64,000 nucleotides of DNA from Eledone cirrhosa. Its lineage: Eukaryota. Each line of letters starts with the position of its first letter. Positions within the stretch are counted from its first letter, which is position 1. The position numbers and the translations under genes are program-made. Shown in pieces: positions 41,301 through 56,300 of this stretch. The notes under the pieces are model-generated. The model saw nothing but the letters and a program-made list of their open reading frames with translations. It was not told the DNA's origin and made no database searches. The DNA is taken from contig OZ024741.1 in NCBI GenBank assembly GCA_964016885.1, positions 397,234,001 through 397,298,000 on the forward strand, read 5' to 3'.

Positions 41301-44300
41301 TTTCACTCACTACCTCCGTCTCTCTCACTCTCCACATCTCTCTCTTTCACTCACTACCTCCGTCTCTCTCACTTTCCCCATCTCTCTCTTTCACTCACTA
41401 CCTCCGTCTCTCTCACTCTCCCCATCTCTCTCCTTCACTCACTACCTCCGTTTCTCTCACTCTCCCCATATCTTTTTTCCTCACTACCTCCGTCTGTCTC
41501 ACTCACCCCTTCTCTCTCTTTGACTCACTTCCTCCGTCTCTCTCACTCTCCCCATTTCTTTCTTTCACTCACTACCTCCATCTCTCTCACTCTCCCCATC
41601 TCTCTTTTCACTCACTACCTCCGTCTCTCTCACTCTCCCTATCTCTCTCTTTCACTCACTACCTCCGTCTCTCTCACTCTCCCCATCTCTCTCTTTCACT
41701 CACTACCTCCGTCTCTCTCACTCGCCCCATCTCTCTCTTTCACTCACTACCTCCGTCTTTCTCACTCTCCCCATCTCTCTCTTTCTCTCACTATCTCCGT
41801 CTCTCTCACTCTCCCCATCTCACTCTTTCACTCACTACCTCCGTCTCTCTCACTCTCCCCATCTCTCTCTTTCACTCACTACCTCCGTCTCTCTCACTCT
41901 CCCCATCTCTCTCTTTCACACACTACCTCCGTCTGTCTCACTCTCCCCATCTCTCTCTTTCACTCACTACCTCCGTTTCTCCACTCTCCCCATATCTCTT
42001 TTCCCTCACTACCTCCGTCTGTCTCACTCACCCCTTCTCTCTCTTTCACTCACTAACTCTGTCTCTCTCACTCTCCCCATCTCTCTCATTCACTCACTAC
42101 CTCCGTTTCTCTCACTCTCCCCATCTCTCTCTTTCACTCGCTACCTCCATCTCTCTCATTCTCCCATCTCTCTCTTTCACTCACTACCTCCGTCGCTCTC
42201 ACCCTCCCTATCTTTCCCTTTCACTCACTACCTGCGTCTCTCTCACTCTCCCATTTCTCACTTTCACTCACTACCTCCGTCACTCTCACTCTCCCCATCT
42301 CTCACTTTCACTCACTACCTCCGTCTCTCTCACTCTCCCCATCTCGCTCTTTCACTCACTACCTCCGTCTCTCTCACTCTCCCCATCTCTCTCTTTCACT
42401 CACTACCTCCGTCTATCTCACTCTCCCCATCTCTCTCTTTCACTCACTACCTCTGCCTCTCTTACTCTCCCTATCTCTCTCTTTCACTCACTACCTCCGT
42501 CTCTCTCACTCTGCCCATCTCTCGCTTTCACTCACTACCTCCGTCTCACTCACTCTCCCCATCTCTCTCTTTCACTCACTACCTACGTCTCTCTCACTCT
42601 CCCTATCTTTCACTTTCACTCACTACCTCCATCTCTCTCACTCTCCGCATTTCTCTCTATCATTCACTACATCCATCTCTCTCACTCTCCCAATCTCTCT
42701 CACTCTCCCATCTCTCTCTTTCGCTCACTACCTCCGTCTCTCTCACTCTCCCTATCTTTCTCTCTCACTCACTACCTCCGTCTCTGTCACTCTCCCTATC
42801 TCTCTTTCAGTCACTACCTCCGTCTTTCTCACTCTCCCTACCTCTCTCTTTCACTCTCTACCTCCGTCTCTCTCACTCTCCCCATCTCTCTCTTTCACTC
42901 ACTACCAATGTCTCTCTTTCTCTCCCCATCTCTCTCTTTCACTCACTACCTCTGCCTCTCTTACTCTCCCTATCTCTCTCTTTCACTCTCTACCTCCATC
43001 ACTCTCACTCTCCCCATCTCTCTCTTTCACTCACTACTTCCGCCTCTCTCACTCACCACGTCTCTCTCTTTTACTCAGTACCTCCGTCTCTCTCTCTCCC
43101 TATCTCTCGCTTTCACTCACTACCTCCGTCTCTCTCACTCTCCCCATCTCTCACTTTCACTCACTCCCTCCGTTTCTCTCACTCTCCCCATCTCTCTCTT
43201 TCACTCACTACCTCCGTATCTCTCACTCTCCCATCTCTCTCTCTCACTCACTACCTCCGTTTCTCTCACTCTCCCCATCTCTCTTTTCACCCACTACCTC
43301 CGTCTCTCTCTCACTCTCCCCATCTCTCCCTTTCACTCACTACCTCCGTATCTCTCACTCTCCCATCTCTCTCTTTCACTCACTACCTCCGTCGCTCTCA
43401 CCCTCCCTATCTTTCTCTTTCACTCACTACCTGCGTCTCTCTCACTCTCCCATTTCTCTCTTTCACTCACTACCTCCGTCTCTCTCACTCTCCCATTTCT
43501 CTCTTTCACTCACTACCTCCGTTTCTCTCACTCTCCCCATCTCTCTTTTCTCTCACTACCTCCGTCTCTCTCACTCTCCCCATCTCTGTCACTCTCCCCA
43601 TCTCTCTTTTCACTCACTACCTCCGTCTCTCTCACTCTCCCCATCTCTCTCTTTCACTAACTACTTCCTTTTCTCTCACTCTCCCCATTTCTCTCTTTCA
43701 CTCATTACCTCCGTTTCTCTCGCTCTCCCCATCTCTCTCTTTCACTCACTACCTATGTCTCTCTTTCTCTCCCCATCTCTCTCTTTCACTCACTACCTCT
43801 GCCTCTCTTACTCTCCCTATCTCTCTCTTTCACTCACTACCTCTATCTCTCTCACTGTCCCCATCTCTCTCTTTCACTCACTACTTCCGTCTCTCTCACT
43901 CTCCCCATCTCTCACTCTCACTCACTACCTCCGTTTCTCTCACTCTCCCTATCTCTCTCTTTCACTCACTACCTCCGTCTCTCTCACTCACCCCATCTCT
44001 CTCTTTCACTCACTACCTCCGTCTCTCTCACTCTCCCCATCTCTCACTTTCACTCACTAACTCCGTTTCTCTCACTCTCCCCATCTCTCTCTTTCACTCA
44101 CTACCTCCGTCTCTCTCACTCACCACGTCTCTCTCTTTCACTCACTACCTCCGTCTCTCTCTCTCCCTATCTCTCTCTTTCACTCACTACGTCCGTCTCT
44201 CTCACTCTCCCCATCTCTCGCTTTCACTCACTACCTCCGTCTCTCTCACTCTCCCCATCTCTCTCTTTCACTCACTACCTCCGTCTCCCTCACTCTCCCT

Positions 44301-47300
44301 ATCTTTCTCTTTCACTCACTACATCCATCTCTCTCACACTCCCCATTTCTCTCTATCACTCACTACATCCGTCTCTCTCACTCTCCCCATCTCTCTCTTT
44401 CACTCACTAAATCCGTCTCTCTCACTCTCCCCATCTCTCTCTTTAACTCACTACCTCCGTTTCTCTCACTCTCCCCATCTCACTCTTTCACTCACTACCT
44501 CCGTCTCTTTCACTCTCCCATTTCTCTCTTTCACTCACCACCTCCGTCTCTCTCACTCTCCTATTTCTCTCTTTCACTCACTACCTACATCTCTCTCACT
44601 CTCCCTACCTCTCTCTTTCACTCACTACCTCCATCTCTCTCACTCTCTCCATCTCTCTTTTCACTCACTACCTCCGTCTCACTCCCTCTCCCCATCTCTC
44701 TCTTTCACTCACTACCTCCGTCTCTCTCACTCTCCCCATCTCTCTCTTTCACTCACTTCCTCCGTTTCTCTCACTCTCCCCATTTCTCACTTTCACGCAC
44801 TACCTCCGTTTCTCTCGCTCTCCCCATCTCTCTCTTTCACTCACTACCTCCGTATCTCTCACTCACCCCGTCTCTCTCTTTCACTCACTACCTCAGTCTC
44901 TCTCACTCTGCCCATCTCTCGCTTTCACTCACTACCTCCGTCTCCCTCACTCTCCCCATTTCTCTCTTTCACTCACTACCTACGTCTCTCTCACTCTCCC
45001 TATCTTTCACTTTCACTCACTACCTCCATCTCTCTCACTCTCCGCATTTCTCTCTATCATTCACTACATCCGTCTCTCTCACTCTCCCCATCTCTCTCTT
45101 TCACTCACTACCTATGTCTCTCTTTCTCTCCCCATCTCTCTCTTTCACTCACTACCTCTGCCTCTCTTACTCTCCCTATCTCTCTCTTTCACTCACTACC
45201 TCCATCTCTCTCACTCTCCCCATCTCTCTCTTTCACTCACTACCCCCGCCTCTCTCACTCACCACGTCTCTCTCTTTCACTCAGTACCTCCGTCTCTCTC
45301 TCTCCCTATCTCTCGCTTTCACTCACTACCTACGTCTCTCTCACTCTCCCCATCTCTCTCTTTCACTCACTACCTCCGTCTCTCTCACTCTCCCCATCTC
45401 TCTCTTTCACTCACTACCTCTGCCTCTCTTACTCTCCCTATCTCTCTCTTTCACTCACTACCTCCGTCTCTCTCTCTCTCCCCGTCTCTCTCATTCACTC
45501 ACTACCTCCGTCTCTCTCACTCTCCCTACATCTCTCTTTCACTCACTACCTCCGTCACTCTCACTCTCCCCATCTCTCTTTTCACTCACTACCTCCGTCT
45601 CTCTCACTCTCCCTATCTCTCTCTTTCACTCACTACCTCCGTCTCTCTCACTCTCCCCATCTCTCTCTTTCACTCACTACCTCCGTCTCTCTCACTCGCC
45701 CCATCTCTCTCTTTCACTCACTACCTCGGTCTTTCTCACTCTCCCCATCTCTCTCTTTCTCTCACTATCTCCGTCTCTCTCACTCTCCCCATCTCACTCT
45801 TTCACTCACTACCTCCGTCTCTCTCACTCTCCCCATCTCTCTCTTTCACTCACTACCTCCGTCTCTCTCACTCTCTCCATCTCTCTCTTTCACACACTAC
45901 CTCCGTCTGTCTCACTCTCCCCATCTCTCTCTTTCACTCACTACCTCCGTTTCTCTCACTCTCCCCATATCTCTTTTCCCTCACTACCTCCGTCTGTCTC
46001 ACTCACCCCTTCTCTCTCTTTGACTCACTTCCTCCGTCTCTCTCACTCTCCCCATTTCTCTCTTTCACTCACTACCTCCGTCTCTCTCACTCTCCCCATC
46101 TCTCTATTTCACTCACTACCTCCGTCTCTCTCACGCTCCCCATTTCTCTCTATCACTCACTACATCCGTCTCTCTCACTCTCCCCATCTCTCTCTTTCAC
46201 TCACTAACTCTGTCTCTCTCACTCTCCGCATCTCTCTCATTCACTCACTACCTCCGTTTCTCTCACAATCCCCATCTCTCTCTTTCACTCGCTACCTCCA
46301 TCTCTCTCATTCTCCCATCTCTCTCTTTCACTCACTACCTCCGTCACTCTCACCCTCCCTATCTTTCCCTTTCACTCAATACCTGCGTCTCTCTCACTCT
46401 CCCATTTCTCACTTTCATTCACTACCTCCGTCTCTCTCACTCTCCCCATCTCTCTCTTTCACTCACTACCACCGTCATTCTTACTCTCCCCATCTCTCTC
46501 TTTCTCTCACTACTTCGTCCTCTCTTACTCTCCCTATCTCTCTCTGTCACTCACTACCTCCATCTCTCTCACTCTCCCCATCTCTCCTTTAACTCACTAC
46601 CTCCGTCTCTCTCACTCTCTCCATCTCTCTCCTTCACTCACTACCTCCGTCTCTCTCACTCTCCCCATCTCTCTCTTTCACTCACTACCTCCGTCTCTCT
46701 CACTCTCCCCATCTCACTTTTCACTCACTACCTCCGTCTCTCTCACTCTTCCCATCTCTCTCTTTCACTCACTACCTCCGTATCTCTCACTCTCCCCATC
46801 TCTCACTTTCACTCACTACCTCCGTCTCTCTCACTCTCCCCATATCGCTCTTTCACTCACTACCTCCGTTTCTCTCACTCTCCCCATCTCTCTCCTACAC
46901 TCACTACCTCCGTCTATCTCACTCTCCCCATCTCTCTCTTTCACTCACTACCTCCGTCTCTCTTAATCTCCCCCCCTCTCTCTTTCACTCACTACCTCTG
47001 CCTCTCTTACTCTCCCTATCTCTCTCTTTCACTCACTACCTCCGTCTCTCTCACTCTCTCCATCTCACTCTTTCACTCACTACCTCCGTCTTTCTCACTC
47101 TCCCATTTCTCTCTTTCACTCACTACCTCCGTCTCTCTCACTCTCCCCATCTCTCTTTTTCACTTACTACCTCCGTCTCTCTCACTCTCCCCATCTCTCT
47201 CTTTCACTCACTACCTCCGTCTTTCTCACTCTCCCCATCTCTCTCTTTCTCTCACTACCTCCGTCTCTCTCACTCTCCCCATCTCTCTCTTTCACTCACT

Positions 47301-50300
47301 ACCTCCGTCTCTCTCACTCTCCCCATCTCTCTCTTTCACTCACTACCTCCGATCTCTCACTCTCCCCGTCTCTCTCTTTCACTCACTACCTCCGTCTCTC
47401 TCACTCTCCCCGTCTCTCTCTTTCACTCACTACCTCCGTCTCTCTCTCTCTCCCCGTCTCTCTCTTTCACTCACTACCTCCGTCTATCTCCCTCTACCCA
47501 TCTCTCTCTTTCACTCACTACCTCCGTCTGTCTCACTCACTCCTTCTCTCTCTTTCACTCACTTCCTCCGTCTCTCTCACTCTCCCTATCTCTCTCTTTC
47601 ACTCACTACCTCCGTCTCTCTCACTCTCCCTACCTCTCTCTTTCACTCACTACCTCCGTCCCTCTCACTCTCCCCATCTCTCTTTTCACTCACTACCTCC
47701 GTCTCTCTCACTCTCCCCATCTCTCTCTTTCACTCACTACCACCGTCTCTCTCACTCTCCCCATCTCTCTCTTTCACTCACTACGTCCGTCTCTCTCACT
47801 CTCCCCATCTCTCTCTTTCACTCACTACCTCCGTCTCTCTTACTCTCCCCATCTCTCTCTTTCACTCACTACCTCCATCTCTCTCACTCTCCCATCTCTC
47901 ACTTTCACTCACTAACTCCATCTCTCTCACTCTCCCAATCTCTCTCACTCTCCCATCTCTCTCTTTCGCTCACTACCTCCGTCTCTCTCACTCTCCCTAT
48001 CTTTCTCTCTCACTCACTACCTCCGTCTCTGTCACTCTCCCTATCTCTCTTTCAGTCACTACCTCCGTCTTTCTCACTCTCCCTACCTCTCTCTTTCACT
48101 CTCTACCTCCGTCTCTCTAACTCTCCCCATCTCTCTTTTCACTCACTACCTCCGTCTCTCTCACTCTCCCCATCTCTCTCTTTCACTCACTACCCCCGTC
48201 TCTCTCACTCTCCCCATCTCTCTCTTTCACTCACTACCTCCGTCTCTCTCACTCTCCCCATCTCTCTCTTTCACTCACTACCTCCCTCTCACTCGCTCTC
48301 CCCATCTCTCTCTTTCACTCACTACCTCCGTTTCTTTCACTCTCCCCATATCTCTTTTCCCTCACTACCTCCGTCTGTCTCACTCACCCCTTCTCTCTCT
48401 TTGACTCACTTCCTCCGTCTCTCTCACTCTCCCCATTTCTCTCTTTCACTCACTACCTCCGTCTCTCTCACTCTCACCATCACTCTCTTTCACTCACTAC
48501 CTCCGTCTCTCTCACGCTCCCCATTTCTCTCTATCACTCACTACATCCGTCTCTCTCACTCTCCCCATCTCTCTCTTTCACTCACTACCTCCGTCTTTCT
48601 CACTCTCCCCATCTCTCTCTTTCTCTCACTACCTCCGTCTCTCTCACTCTCCCCATCTCTCTCTTTCACTCACTACCTCCGTCTCTCTCACTCTCCCCAT
48701 CTCTCTCTTTCACTCACAACCTCCGATCTCTCACTCTCCCCGTCTCTCTCTTTCACTCACTACCTCCGTCTCTCTCACTCTCCCCGTCTCTCTCTTTCAC
48801 TCACTACCTCCGTCTCTCTCTCTCTCCCCGTCTCTCTCTTTCACTCACTACCTCCGTCTATCTCCCTCTACCCATCTCTCTCTTTCACTCACTACCTCCG
48901 TCTGTCTCACTCACTCCTTCTCTCTCTTTCACTCACTTCCTCCGTCTCTCTCACTCTCCCTATCTCTCTCTTTCACTCACTACCTCCGTCTCTCTCACTC
49001 TCCCTACCTCTCTCTTTCACTCACTACCTCCGTCCCTCTCACTCTCCCCATCTCTCTTTTCACTCACTACCTCCGTCTCTCTCACTCTCCCCATCTCTCT
49101 CTTTCACTCACTACCACCGTCTCTCTCACTCTCCCCATCTCTCTCTTTCACTCACTACGTCCGTCTCTCTCACTCTCCCCATCTCTCTCTTTCACTCACT
49201 ACCTCCGTCTCTCTTACTCTCCCCATCTCTCTCTTTCACTCACTACCTCTGCCTCTCTTACTCTCCCTATCTCTCTCTTTCACTCACTACCTCCGTCTCT
49301 CTCACTCTCCCCATCTCTCTCTTTCACTCACTACCTCCGTCTCTTTCACTCTCCCCATCTCTCTTTTTCACTTACTACCTCCGTCTCTCTCACTCTCCCC
49401 ATCTCTCTCTTTCACTCACTACCTCCGTCTTTCTCACTCTCCCCATCTCTCTCTTTCTCTCACTATCTCCGTCTCTCTCACTCTCCCCCTCTCTCTCTTT
49501 CACTCACTACCTCCGTCTCTCTCACTCTCCCCATCTCTCTCTTTCACTCACTACCTCCGTCTCTCTCACTTTCCCCATCTCTCTCTTTCACTCACTACCT
49601 CCGTCTCTCTCACTCTCCCCATCTCTCTCCTTCACTCACTACCTCCGTCTCTCTCACTCTCCCTATCTCTCTCTTTCACTCACTACCTCCGTCTGTCTCA
49701 CTCACCCCTTCTCTCTCTTTGACTCACTTCCTCCGTCTCTCTCACTCTCCCCATTTCTCTCTTTCACTCACTACCTCCGTCTCTTTCACTCTCCCCATCT
49801 CTCTTTTTCACTTACTACCTCCGTCTCTCTCACTCTCCCCATCTCTCTCTTTCACTCACTACCTCCGTCTTTCTCACTCTCCCCATCTCTCTCTTTCTCT
49901 CACTATCTCCGTCTCTCTCACTCTCCCCATCTCTCTCTTTCACTCACTACCTCCGTATCTCTCACTCTCCCCATCTCTCTTTTCACTCACTACCTCCGTC
50001 TCTCTCACTCTCCCCATCTCTCTCTTTCACTCACTACCACCGTCTCTCTCACTCTCCCCATCTCTCTCTTTCACTCACTACGTCCGTCTCTCTCACTCTC
50101 CCCATCTCTCTCTTTCACTCACTACCTCCGTCTCTCTTACTCTCCCCATCTCTCTCTTTCACTCACTACCTCTGCCTCTCTTACTCTCCCTATCTCTCTC
50201 TTTCACTCACTACCTCCGTCTCTCTCACTCTCCCCATCTCTCTCTTTCACTCACTACCTCCGTCTCTTTCACTCTCCCCATCTCTCTTTTTCACTTACTA

Positions 50301-53300
50301 CCTACGTCTCTCTCACTCTCCCCATCTCTCTCTTTCACTCACTACCTCCGTCTTTCTCACTCTCCCCATCTCTCTCTTTCTCTCACTATCTCCGTCTCTC
50401 TCACTCTCCCCCTCTCTCTCTTTCACTCACTACCTCCGTCTCTCTCACTCTCCACATCTCTCTCTTTCACTCACTACCTCCGTCTCTCTCACTTTCCCCA
50501 TCTCTCTCTTTCACTCACTACCTCCGTCTCTCTCACTCTCCCCATCTCTCTCCTTCACTCACTACCTCCGTTTCTCTCACTCTCCCCATATCTTTTTTCC
50601 TCACTACCTCCGTCTGTCTCACTCACCCCTTCTCTCTCTTTGACTCACTTCCTCCGTCTCTCTCACTCTCCCCATTTCTTTCTTTCACTCACTACCTCCG
50701 TCTCTCTCACTCTCCCCATCTCTCTTATTCACTTACTACCTCCGTCTCTCTCACTCTCCCCATCTCTCTCTTTCACTCACTACCTCCGTCTTTCTCACTC
50801 TCCCCATCTCTCTCTTTCTCTCACTATCTCCGTCTCTCTCACTCTCCCCATCTCTCTCTTTCACTCACTACCTCCGTCTCTCCCACTCTCCCCATCTCTC
50901 TCTTTCACTCACTACCTCCGTCTCTCTCACTCTCCCCATCTCTCTCTTTCACTCACTACCTCCGTCTCTCTCACTCTCCCCATCTCTCTCTTCACTCACT
51001 ACCTCCGTCTCACTCGCTCTCCCCATCTCTCTCTTTCACTCACTACCTCCGTTTCTTTCACTCTCCCCATATCTCTTTTCCCTCACTGCCTCCGTCTGTC
51101 TCACTCACCCCTTCTCTCTCTTTGACTCACTTCCTCCGTCTCTCTCACTCTCCCCATTTCTCTCTTTCACTCACTACCTCCGTCTCTCTCACTCTCACCA
51201 TCACTCTCTTTCACTCACTACCTCCGTCTCTCTCACGCTCCCCATTTCTCTCTATCACTCACTACATCCGTCTCTCTCACTCTCCCCATCTCTCGCTTTC
51301 ACTCACTACCTCCGTCTCTCTCACTCTCCCCATCTCTCTCTTTCACTCACTACCACCGTCATTCTTACTCTCCCCATCTCTCTCTTTCTCTCACTACCTC
51401 TGCCTCTCTTACTCTCCCTATCTCTCTCTTTCACTCACTACCTCCATCTCTCTCACTCTCCCCATCTCTCCTTTCACTCACTACATCCGTCTCTCTCACT
51501 CTCTCCATCTCTCTCTTTCACTCACTACCTCCGTCTCTCTCACTCTCCCCATCTCTCTCTTTCACTCACTACCTGCGTCTCGCTCACTCTCCCCATCTCT
51601 CTTTTCACTCACTACCTCCGTTTCTCTCACTCTCCCTACCTCTCTCTTTCACTCTCTACCTCCGTCCCTCTCACTCTCCCCATCTCTCTTTTCACTCACT
51701 ACCTCCGTTTCTCTCACTCTCCTCATCTCTCTTTCACTCACTACCTCCGTCTCTCTCACTCTCCCCATCTCTCTCTTTCACTCACTACCTCCATCTCTCT
51801 CGCTCTCCCCATCTCTCTCTTTCACTCACTACCTCCGTCTCTCTCACTCTCCCCATCTCTCTCTTTCACTCACTACCTCCGTCTTTCTCACTCTCCCCAT
51901 CTCTCTCTTTCTCTCACTACCTCCGTCTCTCTCACTCTCCCCATCTCTCTCTTTCACTCACTACCTCCGTCTCTCTCACTCTCCCCATCTCTCTCTTTCA
52001 CTCACTACCTCCGATCTCTCACTCTCCCCGTCTCTCTCTTTCACTCACTACCTCCGTCTCTCTCACTCTCCCCGTCTCTCTCTTTCACTCACTACCTCCG
52101 TCTCTCTCTCTCTCCCCGTCTCTCTCTTTCACTCACTACCTCCGTCTATCTCCCTCTACCCATCTCTCTCTTTCACTCACTACCTCCGTCTGTCTCACTC
52201 ACTCCTTCTCTCTCTTTCACTCACTTCCTCCGTCTCTCTCACTCTCCCTATCTCTCTCTTTCACTCACTACCTCCGTCTCTCTCACTCTCCCTACCTCTC
52301 TCTTTCACTCACTACCTCCGTCCCTCTCACTCTCCCCATCTCTCTTTTCACTCACTACCTCCGTCTCTCTCACTCTCCCCATCTCTCTCTTTCACTCACT
52401 ACCACCGTCTCTCTCACTCTCCCCATCTCTCTCTTTCACTCACTACGTCCGTCTCTCTCACTCTCCCCATCTCTCTCTTTCACTCACAACCTCCGTCTCT
52501 CTTACTCTCCCCATCTCTCTCTTTCACTCACTACCTCCGTCTCTCTCACTCTCCCCATCTCTCTCTTTCACTCACTACCTCCGTCTCTCTCACTCTCCCC
52601 ATCTCTCTCCTTCACTCACTATCTCCGTTTCTCTCACTCTCCCCATATCTTTTTTCCTCACTACCTCCGTCTGTCTCACTCACCCCTTCTCTCTCTTTGA
52701 CTCACTTCCTCCGTCTCTCTCACTCTCCCCATTTATCTCTTTCACTCACTACCTCCGTCTCTTTCACTCTCCCCATCTCTCTTTTTCACTTACTACCTCC
52801 GTCTCTCTCACTCTCCCCATCTCTCTCTTTCACTCACTACCTACGTCTTTCTCACTCTCCCCATCTCTCTCTTTCTCTCACTATCTCCGTCTCTCTCACT
52901 CTCCCCATCTCTCTCTTTCACTCACTACCTCCGTCTCTCTCACTCTCCCCATCTCTCTCTTTCACTCACTACCTCCGTCTCTCTCACTCTCCCCATCTCT
53001 CTCTTTCACTCACTACCTCCGTCTCTCTCACTCTCCCCATCTCTCTCTTTCACTCACTACCTCCGTCTCACTCGCTCTCCCCATCTCTCTCTTTCACTCA
53101 CTACCTCCGTTTCTTTCACTCTCCCCATATCTCTTTTCCCTCACTACCTCCGTCTGTCTCACTCACCCCTTCTCTCACTTTGACTCACTTCCTCCGTCTC
53201 TCTCACTCTCCCCATTTCTCTCTTTCACTCACTACCTCCGTCTCTCTCACTCTCACCATCACTCTCTTTCACTCACTACCTCCGCCTCTCTCACGCTCCC

Positions 53301-56300
53301 CATTTCTCTCTATCACTCACTACATCCGTCTCTCTCACTCTCCCCATCTCTCTCTTTCACTCACTACCTATGTCTCTCTTTCTCTCCCCATCTCTCTCTT
53401 TCACTCACTACCTCTGCCTCTCTTACTCTCCCTATCTCTCTCTTTCACTCACTACCTCTATCTCTCTCACTGTCCCCATCTCTCTCTTTCACTCACTACT
53501 TCCGTCTCTCTCACTCTCCCCATCTCTCACTCTCACTCACTACCTCCGTTTCTCTCACTCTCCCTATCTCTCTCTTTCACTCACTACCTCCGTCTCTCTC
53601 ACTCACCCCATCTCTCTCTTTCACTCACTACCTCCGTCTCTCTCACTCTCCCCATCTCTCACTTTCACTCACTAACTCCGTTTCTCTCACTCTCCCCATC
53701 TCTCTCTTTCACTCACTACCTCCGTCTCTCTCACTCACCACGTCTCTCTCTTTCACTCACTACCTCCGTCTCTCTCTCTCCCTATCTCTCTCTTTCACTC
53801 ACTACGTCCGTCTCTCTCACTCTCCCCATCTCTCGCTTTCACTCACTACCTCCGTCTCTCTCACTCTCCCCATCTCTCTCTTTCACTCACTACCTCCGTC
53901 TCCCTCACTCTCCCTATCTTTCTCTTTCACTCACTACATCCATCTCTCTCACACTCCCCATTTCTCTCTATCACTCACTACATCCGTCTCTCTCACTCTC
54001 CCCATCTCTCTCTTTCACTCACTAAATCCGTCTCTCTCACTCTCCCCATCTCTCTCTTTAACTCACTACCTCCGTTTCTCTCACTCTCCCCATCTCACTC
54101 TTTCACTCACTACCTCCGTCTCTTTCACTCTCCCATTTCTCTCTTTCACTCACCACCTCCGTCTCTCTCACTCTCCTATTTCTCTCTTTCACTCACTACC
54201 TACATCTCTCTCACTCTCCCTACCTCTCTCTTTCACTCACTACCTCCATCTCTCTCACTCTCTCCATCTCTCTTTTCACTCACTACCTCCGTCTCACTCC
54301 CTCTCCCCATCTCTCTCTTTCACTCACTACCTCCGTCTCTCTCACTCTCCCCATCTCTCTCTTTCACTCACTTCCTCCGTTTCTCTCACTCTCCCCATTT
54401 CTCACTTTCACGCACTACCTCCGTTTCTCTCGCTCTCCCCATCTCTCTCTTTCACTCACTACCTCCGTATCTCTCACTCACCCCATCTCTCTCTTTCACT
54501 CACTACCGCCGTCTCTCTCACTCACCCCGTCTCTCTCTTTCACTCACTACCTCAGTCTCTCTCACTCTGCCCATCTCTCGCTTTCACTCACTACCTCCGT
54601 CTCCCTCACTCTCCCCATTTCTCTCTTTCACTCACTACCTACGTCTCTCTCACTCTCCCTATCTTTCACTTTCACTCACTACCTCCATCTCTCTCACTCT
54701 CCGCATTTCTCTCTATCATTCACTACATCCGTCTCTCTCACTCTCCCCATCTCTCTCTTTCACTCACTACCTATGTCTCTCTTTCTCTCCCCATCTCTCT
54801 CTTTCACTCACTACCTCTGCCTCTCTTACTCTCCCTATCTCTCTCTTTCACTCACTACCTCCATCTCTCTCACTCTCCCCATCTCTCTCTTTCACTCACT
54901 ACCCCCGCCTCTCTCACTCACCACGTCTCTCTCTTTCACTCAGTACCTCCGTCTCTCTCTCTCCCTATCTCTCGCTTTCACTCACTACCTACGTCTCTCT
55001 CACTCTCCCCATCTCTCTCTTTCACTCACTACCTCCGTCTCTCTCACTCTCCCCATCTCTCTCTTTCACTCACTACCTCTGCCTCTCTTACTCTCCCTAT
55101 CTCTCTCTTTCACTCACTACCTCCGTCTCTCTCTCTCTCCCCGTCTCTCTCATTCACTCACTACCTCCGTCTATCTCCCTCTACCCATCTCTCTCTTTCA
55201 GTCACTACCTCCGTCTGTCTCACTCACCCCTTCTCTCTCTTTCACTCACTTCCTCCGTCTCTCTCACTCTCCCTATCTCTCTCTTTCACTCACTACCTCC
55301 GTCTCTCTCACTCTCCCTACATCTCTCTTTCACTCACTACCTCCGTCACTCTCACTCTCCCCATCTCTCTTTTCACTCACTACCTCCGTCTCTCTCACTC
55401 TCCCTATCTCTCTCTTTCACTCACTACCTCCGTCTCTCTCACTCTCCCCATCTCTCTCTTTCACTCACTACCTCCGTCTCTCTCACTCGCCCCATCTCTC
55501 TCTTTCACTCACTACCTCGGTCTTTCTCACTCTCCCCATCTCTCTCTTTCTCTCACTATCTCCGTCTCTCTCACTCTCCCCATCTCACTCTTTCACTCAC
55601 TACCTCCGTCTCTCTCACTCTCCCCATCTCTCTCTTTCACTCACTACCTCCGTCTCTCTCACTCTCCCCATCTCTCTCTTTCACACACTACCTCCGTCTG
55701 TCTCACTCTCCCCATCTCTCTCTTTCACTCACTACCTCCGTTTCTCTCACTCTCCCCATATCTCTTTTCCCTCACTACCTCCGTCTGTCTCACTCACCCC
55801 TTCTCTCTCTTTGACTCACTTCCTCCGTCTCTCTCACTCTCCCCATTTCTCTCTTTCACTCACTACCTCCGTCTCTCTCACTCTCCCCATCTCTCTATTT
55901 CACTCACTACCTCCGTCTCTCTCACGCTCCCCATTTCTCTCTATCACTCACTACATCCGTCTCTCTCACTCTCCCCATCTCTCTCTTTCACTCACTAACT
56001 CTGTCTCTCTCACTCTCCGCATCTCTCTCATTCACTCACTACCTCCGTTTCTCTCACAATCCCCATCTCTCTCTTTCACTCGCTACCTCCATCTCTCTCA
56101 TTCTCCCATCTCTCTCTTTCACTCACTACCTCCGTCACTCTCACCCTCCCTATCTTTCCCTTTCACTCACTACCTGCGTCTCTCTCACTCTCCCATTTCT
56201 CACTTTCATTCACTACCTCCGTCTCTCTCACTCTCCCCATCTCTCTCTTTCACTCACTACCACCGTCATTCTTACTCTCCCCATCTCTCTCTTTCTCTCA

